Origin: Ilumatobacteraceae bacterium
Lineage (GTDB): Bacteria > Actinomycetota > Acidimicrobiia > Acidimicrobiales > Ilumatobacteraceae
Reading direction: 5' to 3'
Length of the DNA: 64,000 nt
NCBI GenBank assembly: GCA_963776935.1
Contig: CAVZOP010000007.1
Span: 8,788-72,787, forward strand
The notes under the pieces were generated by a model. The model did no database searches. It saw only the letters and a list, made by a program, of their open reading frames with translations, and was not told the origin of the DNA. Positions 10,361 to 18,249 of the stretch are shown here, one piece after another (position 1 is the stretch's first letter; every line of letters begins with the position of its first letter). The position numbers and the translations under genes are program-made.

Positions 10361-11297
10361 CTAGAGACTTGTACCAACCTCCTTGCGCTTCGAAAATGAC
10401 TCTGGCCAGTAGTCGTGGCCTGCGACGGCGGCGATCGTGAGTTCATTGACGATTTCCGCGATGTCGCCGTACGTCGAAAGACTAAACACGTCGATTCCAC
10501 GCTGGCCGAGTGTTTGGGCCACAAGTCGGTGTAGTTGTGGAGTCCGGTCATCTGGCCTGCGCTGCGTTACGAACAGCTTGACGGCGCAATTGGGGTCTGG
10601 AAGGCGCCGTACAAGTTTCGCCACGAGTGGATGCAGCACTGGGAAACCAAGCAGCAGGCATACATCGGCGCGGAGGATCCAAATGAGCGCCCCCTCGTCG
10701 ATCTCAGGCGGCAGGGTCTGGACAAGATTTGACCGGCGCACGGCCGGTTCGATCGGGCCCGGAAATCCCGTAGAGATGCAGCACACTCAAATGACCAAGC
10801 AGATCCACCTCTACATCATTGGGCGGCGTGATCTCAGCCGGTAGAACGGGCACTATCCTCACTTCGCCTCTGGCGACGGAGTGAGCTGTTCGGCCCAGAG
10901 CGTCCTCGATCTCGAGGGTTCGCGATGTGGTCGCTATCCGAATCCAGGTGTTACGAGTGCAAGCCGAGCGATGCGGCTGATCAGGAGGCTGGATCTGAAG
11001 CTGACAGGTCACTCGGTGGTTCATGGAGCTCAAGAACGGTCCCGAGGGTGTCGAGCTCAAGAACTCGAGCGCTTCCAGCTCGTCCTCCCAGACGGACGGC
11101 GCGTGAGTGCGGTCGACCCGAAAGATCTCATCGACCAGTGCCCTCCTCACCAACTCGACGTCATCTGGTCGCCCAAGACTTGCGGCGACACCAGGACCTA
11201 GCACGAGCGAAACCGCCGTGGCTCCCCGCACTCGATCGATCAGACGCACGAAGTGCAGGTTGTGTTCCGAGAGGACGCTCTCACTCGGATAAATCAC
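10361..11297 (-). pseudogene. SIR2-like (SIR2_2/DHS-like NAD-binding fold) protein (frame break at ~10765-10785 as sequenced)
   Basis: GTG start at 11297. Four motifs support the call:
- ..AVSLVLGPGVAASLGRPDDVEL.. (GAGxS-like loop)
- ..IRIATTSRTLEIEDAL.. (cf. ITTNYD..lE)
- ..LSVLHLYG.. (cf. KLHG)
- after the shift, ..ALIWILRADVCLLLGF.. (cf. llfiGyS)
No SLOG-like C-terminal domain was recognised. Confidence 0.55.
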
Positions 11298-11977
11298 CGA
11301 GGCGCCCCCGAGCCAAGGTCCTGAGGCTGCATGTCACGACGCGCCCGTTAGACATGGCCACCAATCTAGGGCTTGACGCGGGGCGACCAGCTGGAGCTTC
11401 GGCGCGTGCGAGCTGTTGAGCGTCGAACGTGCGGGGCGGAGCGCGCCTTGCCGCCGAGGACCTCATGCAACTCAAGCGCGCTTCGTTCAAGCTGAACGCG
11501 CCTCATTCGAGGGTCCCGGCGGACCGGACCATCTCCGGGGCACTCGACCGGAGTCACGCATATCGCGCACACAGAACGGTTCAACTCGGCATCGCCAGGA
11601 GCGCCCATATCGGCGCATCGGCGTGCGCCCGCGAGCCGGGTGCTGGGGCGCCTGCATCGTGAGACGGCCGGAGCATTTGGCCGTGCCAGACCTCGTTGTC
11701 GGATTCCTCCGGAGTGAACCGCCCTGGCTTCGTTGGAGGCCACACCTCCGCACCGAGATCGGCTGAACCGCAACACAGCGTCGCGTCTGACCCCTGAACC
11801 GGCCAACGCCCACCAGGCTGTTCGACGAACGAATTGTCGACACGACGCCAACACCGGCGCGGGCCGTGACTTAACAGGAGCCTGCCCTCACTCGAGTGGC
11901 CCATCTCTGTCGTGTCCGACCAACCGCGCCACAGGTTCCTTGACAACACAGGAGGATCGATCTGAATACCATCGGCG

Positions 11978-12372
11978 ATGTCCCCGAGTGCCGATCGGGG
12001 ATACAGAACTACCGCACAGATCGACCGCGACTGGTCCACTCGTCGCCGCGCTCCAAACGGCGTCTCTGTTCGACGCGATACCATTCGGCTACGGCGACCC
12101 GCCCGGAAGAAACTCGAGGCAGTTTGGCGCGCCGATGGCACGATCATCGCGGTGGCTCGCCGCTTCGAGGTAGCGCCGACAACGGCCGCGATATGGCTCG
12201 CAGACGTCGGCATCTTCGTCAAGTCCGAGCCGGCAATCTGCGCGCCAACCCGCTGGCGGCGATCGACGCCGGCAAGTCGATCAACGAGATCGCCGCCGAT
12301 CACGGCGTCGGTGATCGGACAGTTAGTGTCGAGCTTCGCCGCCACGGCCTAGTCGAACGCCACCGCCGCAGA
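11978..12372 (+). pseudogene. Tandem helix-turn-helix fragment (resolvase/transposase-type HTH), frame-disrupted; 3' limit uncertain
   Basis: ..KKLEAVWRADGTIIAVARRFEVAPTTAAIWLADVGI.. is in track frame 11978. ..LAAIDAGKSINEIAADHGVGDRTVSVELRRHGL.. follows in frame 12124. No catalytic domain follows. Confidence 0.3.
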
Positions 12373-12660
12373 CCAACGGGTCCCGTAACGGCTTCGTCGA
12401 AGACCTCCAGGCGGGCGCGGGAGGAGCTCAGTCAGCGCGAGTTCGTTGAGCACCAAACGCGACATTCGATGAACCCCCCTCGACAGACCGGCAGGGATGG
12501 CGACGTCGTGCGTGGCTGCGGAACGAAGTGGAGGCTGCGACCCATCGATCGCTTTCGTCGCCCTGTCTGTATGCGAAACCGCGACGACGCTTCCTTGACA
12601 GCCCCACGCGTGAGGTACACCATGAAAGCCGCAGCACGAAAGTGCCGAGAGAGGGGATCA

Positions 12661-13560
12661 GTGATGGCGATAATATCCGGAGACGGCTTCACTGCGCCGT
12701 TTGACGAGGACGGAGAACCCTATGGCACCTTCGGTGCACGGACACCGGCGTTGCGGACCTTTCGCCTGACTTTTGGATCGCACCGAAAACTGGCGCTGAT
12801 CGGTGTCCTTCCTGGAGGCGAATCGCAGGACCTAAATCCCGCAACGCCGCCAGACACGGATGATGATCCCGGACCAGTCGCTCCAGGGCCGGTGGAGGTA
12901 CCCGATGGGCGACTTTATGTGTACCTCCAGGACGCCCATCCGGAGGGCGACGAGTTTTCATACGAGGTATCACATTCCGCCGTTCGCATCCCAGGGGCAC
13001 GGAGATATCAACTCCGTGACGTGGGTTGCGTGGGTGTTTGTACTCGCGTTCTCCCCTTCTCTGTCCTGGGAGGAATAAGTGCGGTCAGTCGACCACTCCT
13101 CGCTCTCGTCGGGTTCAAGCTGTATTTCATCGGCGGGCGCGAGCACAACATCGATCGAATAGGTGTCTGGTTTGTAGAAAACAAGCTCAAGGTTGCATTT
13201 AATGACAAGAACGACGACGACACCTTCGGATACGTCGTCGACTTCGTGGTAATTCCAAGCTTGGGGTTGAATTTGAACGAGGGTGAACTTAAGGGCAAAG
13301 GTGCGACAGGGTTACAGACCGTTCCTTTGGCAACCCCGAGTCGCGGCAGCTTTATGCTCACCGGATTCGACTTGAATTATCAAAAGGGCGACCACGAAGT
13401 ACGCGACGTCGGGGTTTATCGTCGGCGGAACGACTTGACCGTGATTCATGCTGACGATGCCGGAGCATCACCCTTCGATTGGCGAGTTTCTTTCGCTCAA
13501 CCCGCTCCTCAGGTGTTCGCTGATGAGGGAATTCGATCAACCCTTGTTGCTGTTCCATAG
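12661..13560 (+). CDS. Hypothetical protein with three internal repeats (L-x-[GT]-F-x-L-x-[FY]..H..[IV]..[IV]GV..)
   Basis: GAGGGGA RBS at 12651-12657, then GTG 12661 / ATG 12664. The three repeats are LRTFRLTFGSHRKLALIGV, LVGFKLYFIGGREHNIDRIGVWFVENKLKVAFNDKNDDDTFGYVVDF and LTGFDLNYQKGDHEVRDVGVYRRRNDLTVIHADDAGASPFDWRVSF. This is the lowest-GC stretch of the window. Confidence 0.5.
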   Translation: MMAIISGDGFTAPFDEDGEPYGTFGARTPALRTFRLTFGSHRKLALIGVLPGGESQDLNPATPPDTDDDPGPVAPGPVEVPDGRLYVYLQDAHPEGDEFSYEVSHSAVRIPGARRYQLRDVGCVGVCTRVLPFSVLGGISAVSRPLLALVGFKLYFIGGREHNIDRIGVWFVENKLKVAFNDKNDDDTFGYVVDFVVIPSLGLNLNEGELKGKGATGLQTVPLATPSRGSFMLTGFDLNYQKGDHEVRDVGVYRRRNDLTVIHADDAGASPFDWRVSFAQPAPQVFADEGIRSTLVAVP

Positions 13561-13668
13561 GATAGCTGCAATAGAGAGCAGCGCGCTGGGCGTACGGTTC
13601 GCCCGGAAGTGGTGCCTACTCCCAGGCGGAGAGCGCACAGGCCGGGACAATCGGCAACACTGACGGCG

Positions 13669-14628
13669 ATGCGCGGCTCCTCGACCAGCCGGTTCGCCGC
13701 CTTCCGGTCGGCGATCGTTCTGGGCGGAATCATCGCGTCCGTGACCGGATGTGAGGACGTGCCCCGGAATCTGATGGTGTTACCCGTGCGCTGGTGCGCT
13801 CTCGAAGGGTCGTCGATCGCCCTCGGAGCGCCGGGCGAACTGGTGTCGTCTCATCCCGACATCGCCGCTGCGACGCTTTCGGCCGGCGAGATTTGGGCTC
13901 AGGCCGACATCGCACTGATCGCAGTCGTTACCGAACGATCGGGTGTGAAAGGCGTGCCGGTGATCGTGGACCTCGATTCGTTTCATGCCCCGGGCGAGGA
14001 CACCGGAGATATCTACTCCGAGGGTGGTGATCTCTTCGAGGCGCAGATCGCGGCTCAGGAATGTGATCAGGTATGGAGGAAGCTCGGTCCCGGCGCCTCT
14101 GGCCCCGTCGCGGTCGTTGCCCGGCGATTCGTCGGCTTGGGGCTGACGCGTGGCGTGGCGCCGCCGCCCCCGTTCTCGATGCGGCGAAATGGTCCGCGCT
14201 GGGGAGATCTGTGCGCCGAGCCGTGTGCCTTGTCAGCGAGCGACGTGTTCGACATTGGGCACCACACATCGTCCGATCGCGGTTGGATGGTCATCCAGGA
14301 CTTCGCGCTGTACTCAGGCACGCGACGCCGTGACGAAGACATCGCTCACGAACTCGGTCATGTGCTGTACGTCGGTCACGGCGACGGCGTCGACAACAAT
14401 GATGATGGAACGGCGACGCCAACTGACGGTTTCCGTCGCTACGACGAGTATTGCGATCCGCTCGGCAGCGGTGAGGATGAGCAGTCGTCGCCGCCTCCGG
14501 CATGTTCTGCGTCGCTGATGATGCCGTCTCCCTGCGATACGAAACTGACGGACTTGCAGGTCGAGCAAGCGCGTGCCGCGGCGGCGGTGATGCCTGGCTG
14601 CAAGGGGTCGGCCTGCACACCGGGTTGA
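13669..14628 (+). CDS. Secreted zinc metalloprotease-like lipoprotein (metzincin-type HELGHxxxxGH motif)
   Basis: The signal peptide is MRGSSTSRFAAFRSAIVLGGIIASVTGCED (lipobox VTGC). The zinc motif is HELGHVLYVGHGDG. The C-terminal tail is Cys-rich. Confidence 0.65.
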   Translation: MRGSSTSRFAAFRSAIVLGGIIASVTGCEDVPRNLMVLPVRWCALEGSSIALGAPGELVSSHPDIAAATLSAGEIWAQADIALIAVVTERSGVKGVPVIVDLDSFHAPGEDTGDIYSEGGDLFEAQIAAQECDQVWRKLGPGASGPVAVVARRFVGLGLTRGVAPPPPFSMRRNGPRWGDLCAEPCALSASDVFDIGHHTSSDRGWMVIQDFALYSGTRRRDEDIAHELGHVLYVGHGDGVDNNDDGTATPTDGFRRYDEYCDPLGSGEDEQSSPPPACSASLMMPSPCDTKLTDLQVEQARAAAAVMPGCKGSACTPG

Positions 14629-14952
14629 GGTGGTGCGATCGGGCGTCGGCGGGGTGTTGCGGTGCCAGAAGTGCTCGTCCGGCGTTCTGCGCGAGCGACA
14701 CAGCACGTACACCATGCAGCCCACTCGGGCGGTGGCCACGGCCCCGCGGTGTGCGCTCCAGAGTCGGGCAATCAGTAGCGCCGCGCCTTCGTCTCGAGGC
14801 TGACCAGTCGCTACCGCCGTTTGACGCTGCTTCGAGGCTATTCAAAAGAGTCGCCGGCTCACCCACGACGTGAACCTGGGTACCCGGCCGCCTAGCACCG
14901 ATTCGGTAGAGCATCACCTGACCGGACCGAATCTGAGACGCTCTACGAGAAT

Positions 14953-15109
14953 GGGCTGCTGCCAGGCTCGACGCGTTCGCAGAGGTTTAGCGTTGTCGCC
15001 AACCGAAGGCCACGAACGCTTGGATCCGGTCCGAGATTTGTCCTCTGAACAGGTACTTCGTGTGGAGCGGACGACGGGATTCGAACCCGCGACCCTCACC
15101 TTGGCAAGG
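14953..15109. repeat. Right copy of island-bounding direct repeat (attR-like), overlapping the intact tRNA-Gly
   Basis: See 5198-5356. The exact 48-nt core 15062-15109 covers the tRNA from the CCA end to the anticodon loop. Confidence 0.85.
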
Positions 15110-15136
15110 TGATGCTCTACCACTGAGCCACGTCCG
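15062..15136 (-). tRNA. tRNA-Gly (anticodon GCC)
   Basis: The reverse complement GCGGACGTGGCTCAGTGGTAGAGCATCACCTTGCCAAGGTGAGGGTCGCGGGTTCGAATCCCGTCGTCCGCTCCA folds as a 75-nt cloverleaf. It has a 7-bp acceptor stem, an anticodon loop TTGCCAA, a GTTCGAATC T-loop and an encoded CCA. Confidence 0.93.
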
Positions 15137-15157
15137 CGTGGGTCGCCAGATTACCAA

Positions 15158-15754
15158 TCATTCAAGGGGAGCGGACAACCGCGACTCGACCACCTCGGGC
15201 TGTCGTGCGTTGACCGCGATCACCCCCAGCGCAGCCAGCACGGCGACCGCGCCGCCGATCTGGAGCGCCGCCATCGGCTGGTCGAGCCACAACCACGCCC
15301 CCACCGCTGAGATCACCGGACTGGCGAGCGTGAGCAGCGACGCCACCGACACCTCGAGGTGGCGTTGCGCCCAGGTCATCAATCCGTGTCCGAACAGACC
15401 GGGTCCGACCACCATTCCGGCGAGGAACAACCAGTCCCATCCGGCAACCGCTCCGAGGTCGTCGGCGATCAACACGCACACCGGGACGGCGAGCAACGCT
15501 GCGATCGCGGTGATCGCTCCGATCGGCGCCCAGGAGTGCACACCGGAGTCGCGGCGTCGCTTCACCGCCAAGAAGTACATGGCGAAAGCCACGACGTTCA
15601 CGACCGCGAGCGCGTCGCCCGAGAAGGCCGCGCCCGCGGTCTTGCCGGCCCCCACGACCACCACGATGATCCCCACCACCGCCACCCCGGCGACGAGGTA
15701 GTGCAGACCACGGATCCGTTCGTGCATGAACAGGCGGGTGGCGAGGGTGATCAA
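15158..15754 (-). CDS. EamA/DMT-family transporter (short, ~6 TM)
   Basis: 198 aa of hydrophobic helices with a glycine-rich DMT-like pattern. The TTG start directly follows the stop of the upstream ORF, so the N-terminus may be truncated or mis-set. Confidence 0.6.
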   Translation of the reverse strand: MITLATRLFMHERIRGLHYLVAGVAVVGIIVVVVGAGKTAGAAFSGDALAVVNVVAFAMYFLAVKRRRDSGVHSWAPIGAITAIAALLAVPVCVLIADDLGAVAGWDWLFLAGMVVGPGLFGHGLMTWAQRHLEVSVASLLTLASPVISAVGAWLWLDQPMAALQIGGAVAVLAALGVIAVNARQPEVVESRLSAPLE

Positions 15755-15988
15755 TCAGCTGCGTTCGTCGGAAGGTCGCAGATCAACCCGCAGTGTGAGG
15801 ATGCCGTCATCGATGCTCGCCTCGGCGTCGCCGACGAGGGCGAAGTCCTGGAAATCCAGCTGCGCCTGCTTCAGGAACTGTTGGCGCTCCTCCCCCGCGA
15901 CCGGGGGCAACGGGCGGCGCTTGACGGCGGCGGCGCGCTCTCGGAACCGTGCGATCATCGCATCGACGTCGAGGGTGGCCATCGGCAA
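15755..15988 (-). CDS. Hypothetical small protein
   Basis: 77-aa ORF with normal composition (..LDVDAMIARFRERAAAVKRRPLPPVAGEERQQFLKQAQLDFQDFALVGD..). It abuts the DMT gene on the same strand. An ATG at 15982 is an alternative start. Confidence 0.45.
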   Translation of the reverse strand: MPMATLDVDAMIARFRERAAAVKRRPLPPVAGEERQQFLKQAQLDFQDFALVGDAEASIDDGILTLRVDLRPSDERS

Positions 15989-16003
15989 CGAGGGTACCCG
16001 GCG

Positions 16004-16997
16004 TCAGCCGGACTCGTCACGCTCGTCGACGTCGGGATCGTCCGAACGATCGTCCTCCGACTCGACATCGGGCTCGCTCGCAGGATCGATCGACTCGACC
16101 TGCCGACTCGACATCGGGCTCGCTCGCAGGGTCGACCTCGGGATCGCTCACGTGCGGGTCGTCGCCGGGCTCGCTCACCGAATCGGCCTCTGGCTCGCCG
16201 TCGGACGCGACGGCCGGCTCGGCTTCCGGCTCGCTGACAGCATCGTCGACCGGCTCGGATTCCGGCTCCTTGACGGCTTCGTCGACCGGCTCGGATTCCG
16301 GCTCCTCGGCGACCACCGACTCGTCGGTCTCGACATCTCGGTCGCGCTCGTCCGCCTGTTCGAGCACGGCGAGGAAATCGTCGGTGTCCTGCTCACCGGT
16401 GATGTCCTCGTCGTCGTCATCGCCCTCACTGCCGCCGTCGGCCGCGACGCCGTCCGCATGCTCGTCGACGCCCTCGGCGGGGCCGACCGCGTCAACAGGC
16501 TCCGGGGTGTCGGTCGCCGACTCGGCGGCAGCCGCCGCATCACCAGCGTTCGTGTCGACGTCGCCGGGCCCTTCCACCGCGACCGCTCCGATGGCCGGAG
16601 CCGGGAGCTCTGTCGCAGGCGCGTCCGGAGCATCGCTCGACACGACGAGGTCGTCGAAGCCGATCGGTTGCGGGCCGCGCTCGAACTCGGCATCCGTGTC
16701 GGGTGGCGCGCTCATCGGCTCCAACGGATCGGCACCACCTGGTCGCACCTCGTCGAGGCGCCGGCGTTGCCAGACCGGGTCAGCGCGCCGCCACTTGCGC
16801 TGCCCCATCCGTTCGAGCGGCGCGAGCACCTCGGGGTCGGGCCGGGTGTTCCGCACCAGCCAGACGGCCAACATGATCATCGTGAACCCGAGCGCCACGA
16901 GCAGCACGATCGTCGCGTACACCGTGCGGTCGCGGCTGGGGTCGCCGACGGCGACGAGCGCCGCGGAAGACCGAGCGGGGAACGGGAGGAGAGGCAT
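16004..16997 (-). pseudogene. Membrane-anchored, highly acidic repeat protein (frame break at ~16090-16100 as sequenced)
   Basis: ATG at 16997 (MPLLPFPARSS..), one TM helix (TIVLLVALGFTMIMLAVWLV), then a D/E/P-rich tail. The tail includes the repeats EPESEPVDEAVKEPESEPVDDAVSEPEAEP. A duplicated DPASEPDVES unit falls out of frame in its second copy. The restored frame ends ..DERDESG* at 16004. Confidence 0.55.
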
Positions 16998-17020
16998 CGT
17001 CGGATCGCAAAGGTGGCAGG

Positions 17021-17785
17021 TCACCTCTGATGGTAGGCGCACCACACCGTCGTTCGACCGCCGATCTGCGCGACGTGCAGCGGCCTGCCGTCGCGTGGGC
17101 ACGGTGGCCGGGCCGCGCGGACGTCTGGCGACAGCACTCCGGTGTGGCTTCCGCCGCGTTCGAGCATCGCCGGCAGGTGCTCCAGCATCGCCGCGTGCAG
17201 CCGGCCAACCTGCCGTGCGGTGACGGTGTTGGCGATCCGTCGCGGGTCGAGCCCGCAGTGCCACAACAGCTCGTCGACGAGCATGTTGCCGAGCCCTGCG
17301 ATGGCGTGCTGATCGAGCAACACCGCCTTCAACGCAGTCCGCCGGCGGCCGAGCACCGCAGCCAACTGCGGCCGCGTCACGTCGAACAGATCAGGCCCGA
17401 GTGGCGCCGCGTCGGGATCGATCGAGAAGCGCGCCCACCGCCGCGGATCGTTGACGCGCAGCACGCCGCCATCCGTGAACTCGATGCGCAGCCGATCCCA
17501 ACGCGGCTCGTCGCGACGACTGCCGTACTCGAGCCGTTCGATCGGCGCCGCGCCGTCCAGTACGAGACGGCCGGTCATCCCGAAATGGAGCCCGATCGTG
17601 GGTCCGTCGGTCCCGATCAGCAAGAGCTTCCCCACACGGTCGGCGGACGTGAGCTCCCGAAAGGCCACGGCGTCGGCGAAGTCCGGTGGCGCCAGCGAAT
17701 CGTCCACCGCGACGGACGCGACAACCCGTCCGATGGCGCCGAGCGCGGTTCGTCGGTACAACTCGACTTCCAAGCCCTCGGGCAC
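17021..17785 (-). CDS. Fpg/Nei-family DNA glycosylase / AP lyase
   Basis: The N-terminus MPEGLEVE has the catalytic Pro2/Glu3. The H2TH region is ..LLDQHAIAGLGNMLVDELLWH... The C-terminal finger region is atypical. Confidence 0.8.
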   Translation of the reverse strand: MPEGLEVELYRRTALGAIGRVVASVAVDDSLAPPDFADAVAFRELTSADRVGKLLLIGTDGPTIGLHFGMTGRLVLDGAAPIERLEYGSRRDEPRWDRLRIEFTDGGVLRVNDPRRWARFSIDPDAAPLGPDLFDVTRPQLAAVLGRRRTALKAVLLDQHAIAGLGNMLVDELLWHCGLDPRRIANTVTARQVGRLHAAMLEHLPAMLERGGSHTGVLSPDVRAARPPCPRDGRPLHVAQIGGRTTVWCAYHQR

Positions 17786-17811
17786 GCTGCGAGTGTGGCT
17801 GACCGGCGCAG

Positions 17812-18234
17812 GTGCGGCACACTCGCGTCGTCATGACGGACTGGTTGTGGGTCATCGGTTTCGTCGCCGTGCTCGGCGGGATGTACTACGCCGCGTTCCG
17901 CGTCGATCCGCACTGGGTGTCGAAGGACGGGCGACGGTTCATCTGCCACGGCCAACTCGTCGACCGGCACGGCAACACGCTGCAGAACTGGCGCGAGTAT
18001 CGCTTCGAGGTCATCGACGACAAGCGGATCTTCGGCAGGCGCCGTTCACGATGGACCCGCCGCGCCGAAGGTGTCTGGCGTGTCGCGGCGAAGTCCGACA
18101 ACCCGCCGAAGAAGCGTGAGGTCTACCTGCTCACGTCGGCCGAGAGCGACAACACCGACCAGATGGCGATTCGAATGCCCGCGTCGAGTCGAGCGGTCCC
18201 GGTCCTCGAAGCGATGCGCCTGCGCGCGAACTGA
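17812..18234 (+). CDS. Hypothetical membrane protein
   Basis: 140-aa ORF with one N-terminal TM helix (DWLWVIGFVAVLGGMYYAAF). It is divergent from the glycosylase gene. Confidence 0.45.
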   Translation: MRHTRVVMTDWLWVIGFVAVLGGMYYAAFRVDPHWVSKDGRRFICHGQLVDRHGNTLQNWREYRFEVIDDKRIFGRRRSRWTRRAEGVWRVAAKSDNPPKKREVYLLTSAESDNTDQMAIRMPASSRAVPVLEAMRLRAN

Positions 18235-18249
18235 TGCAACCCTGGGCGC

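Noticed and set aside
11581-12345. 254-aa minus-strand ORF between the SIR2-like gene and the repeat protein, considered as a third defence component
   Set aside because: It overlaps the plus-strand HTH fragments in antisense, has no recognisable motif, and has an irregular composition. The region 11300-11970 shows no convincing coding frame on either strand.
12124-13560. Single 478-aa ORF that would fuse the HTH fragment to the three-repeat protein
   Set aside because: The ~90 codons that join them (..RRRPTGPVTASSKTSRRAREE..RFRRPVCMRNRDD..) look like in-frame non-coding sequence. A GAGGGGA ribosome-binding site precedes GTG 12661 / ATG 12664, so I called the repeat protein separately. Confidence in this split is only moderate.
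15158-15754. Idea that island integration truncated the half-size EamA transporter gene next to the tRNA
   Set aside because: The tRNA-proximal end of the gene is its intact 3' end, with a stop codon. The shortened end is the 5' end, 600 nt away from the att site, where it abuts another ORF. Integration is therefore not the cause. It may simply be a short DMT protein or a mis-set start.
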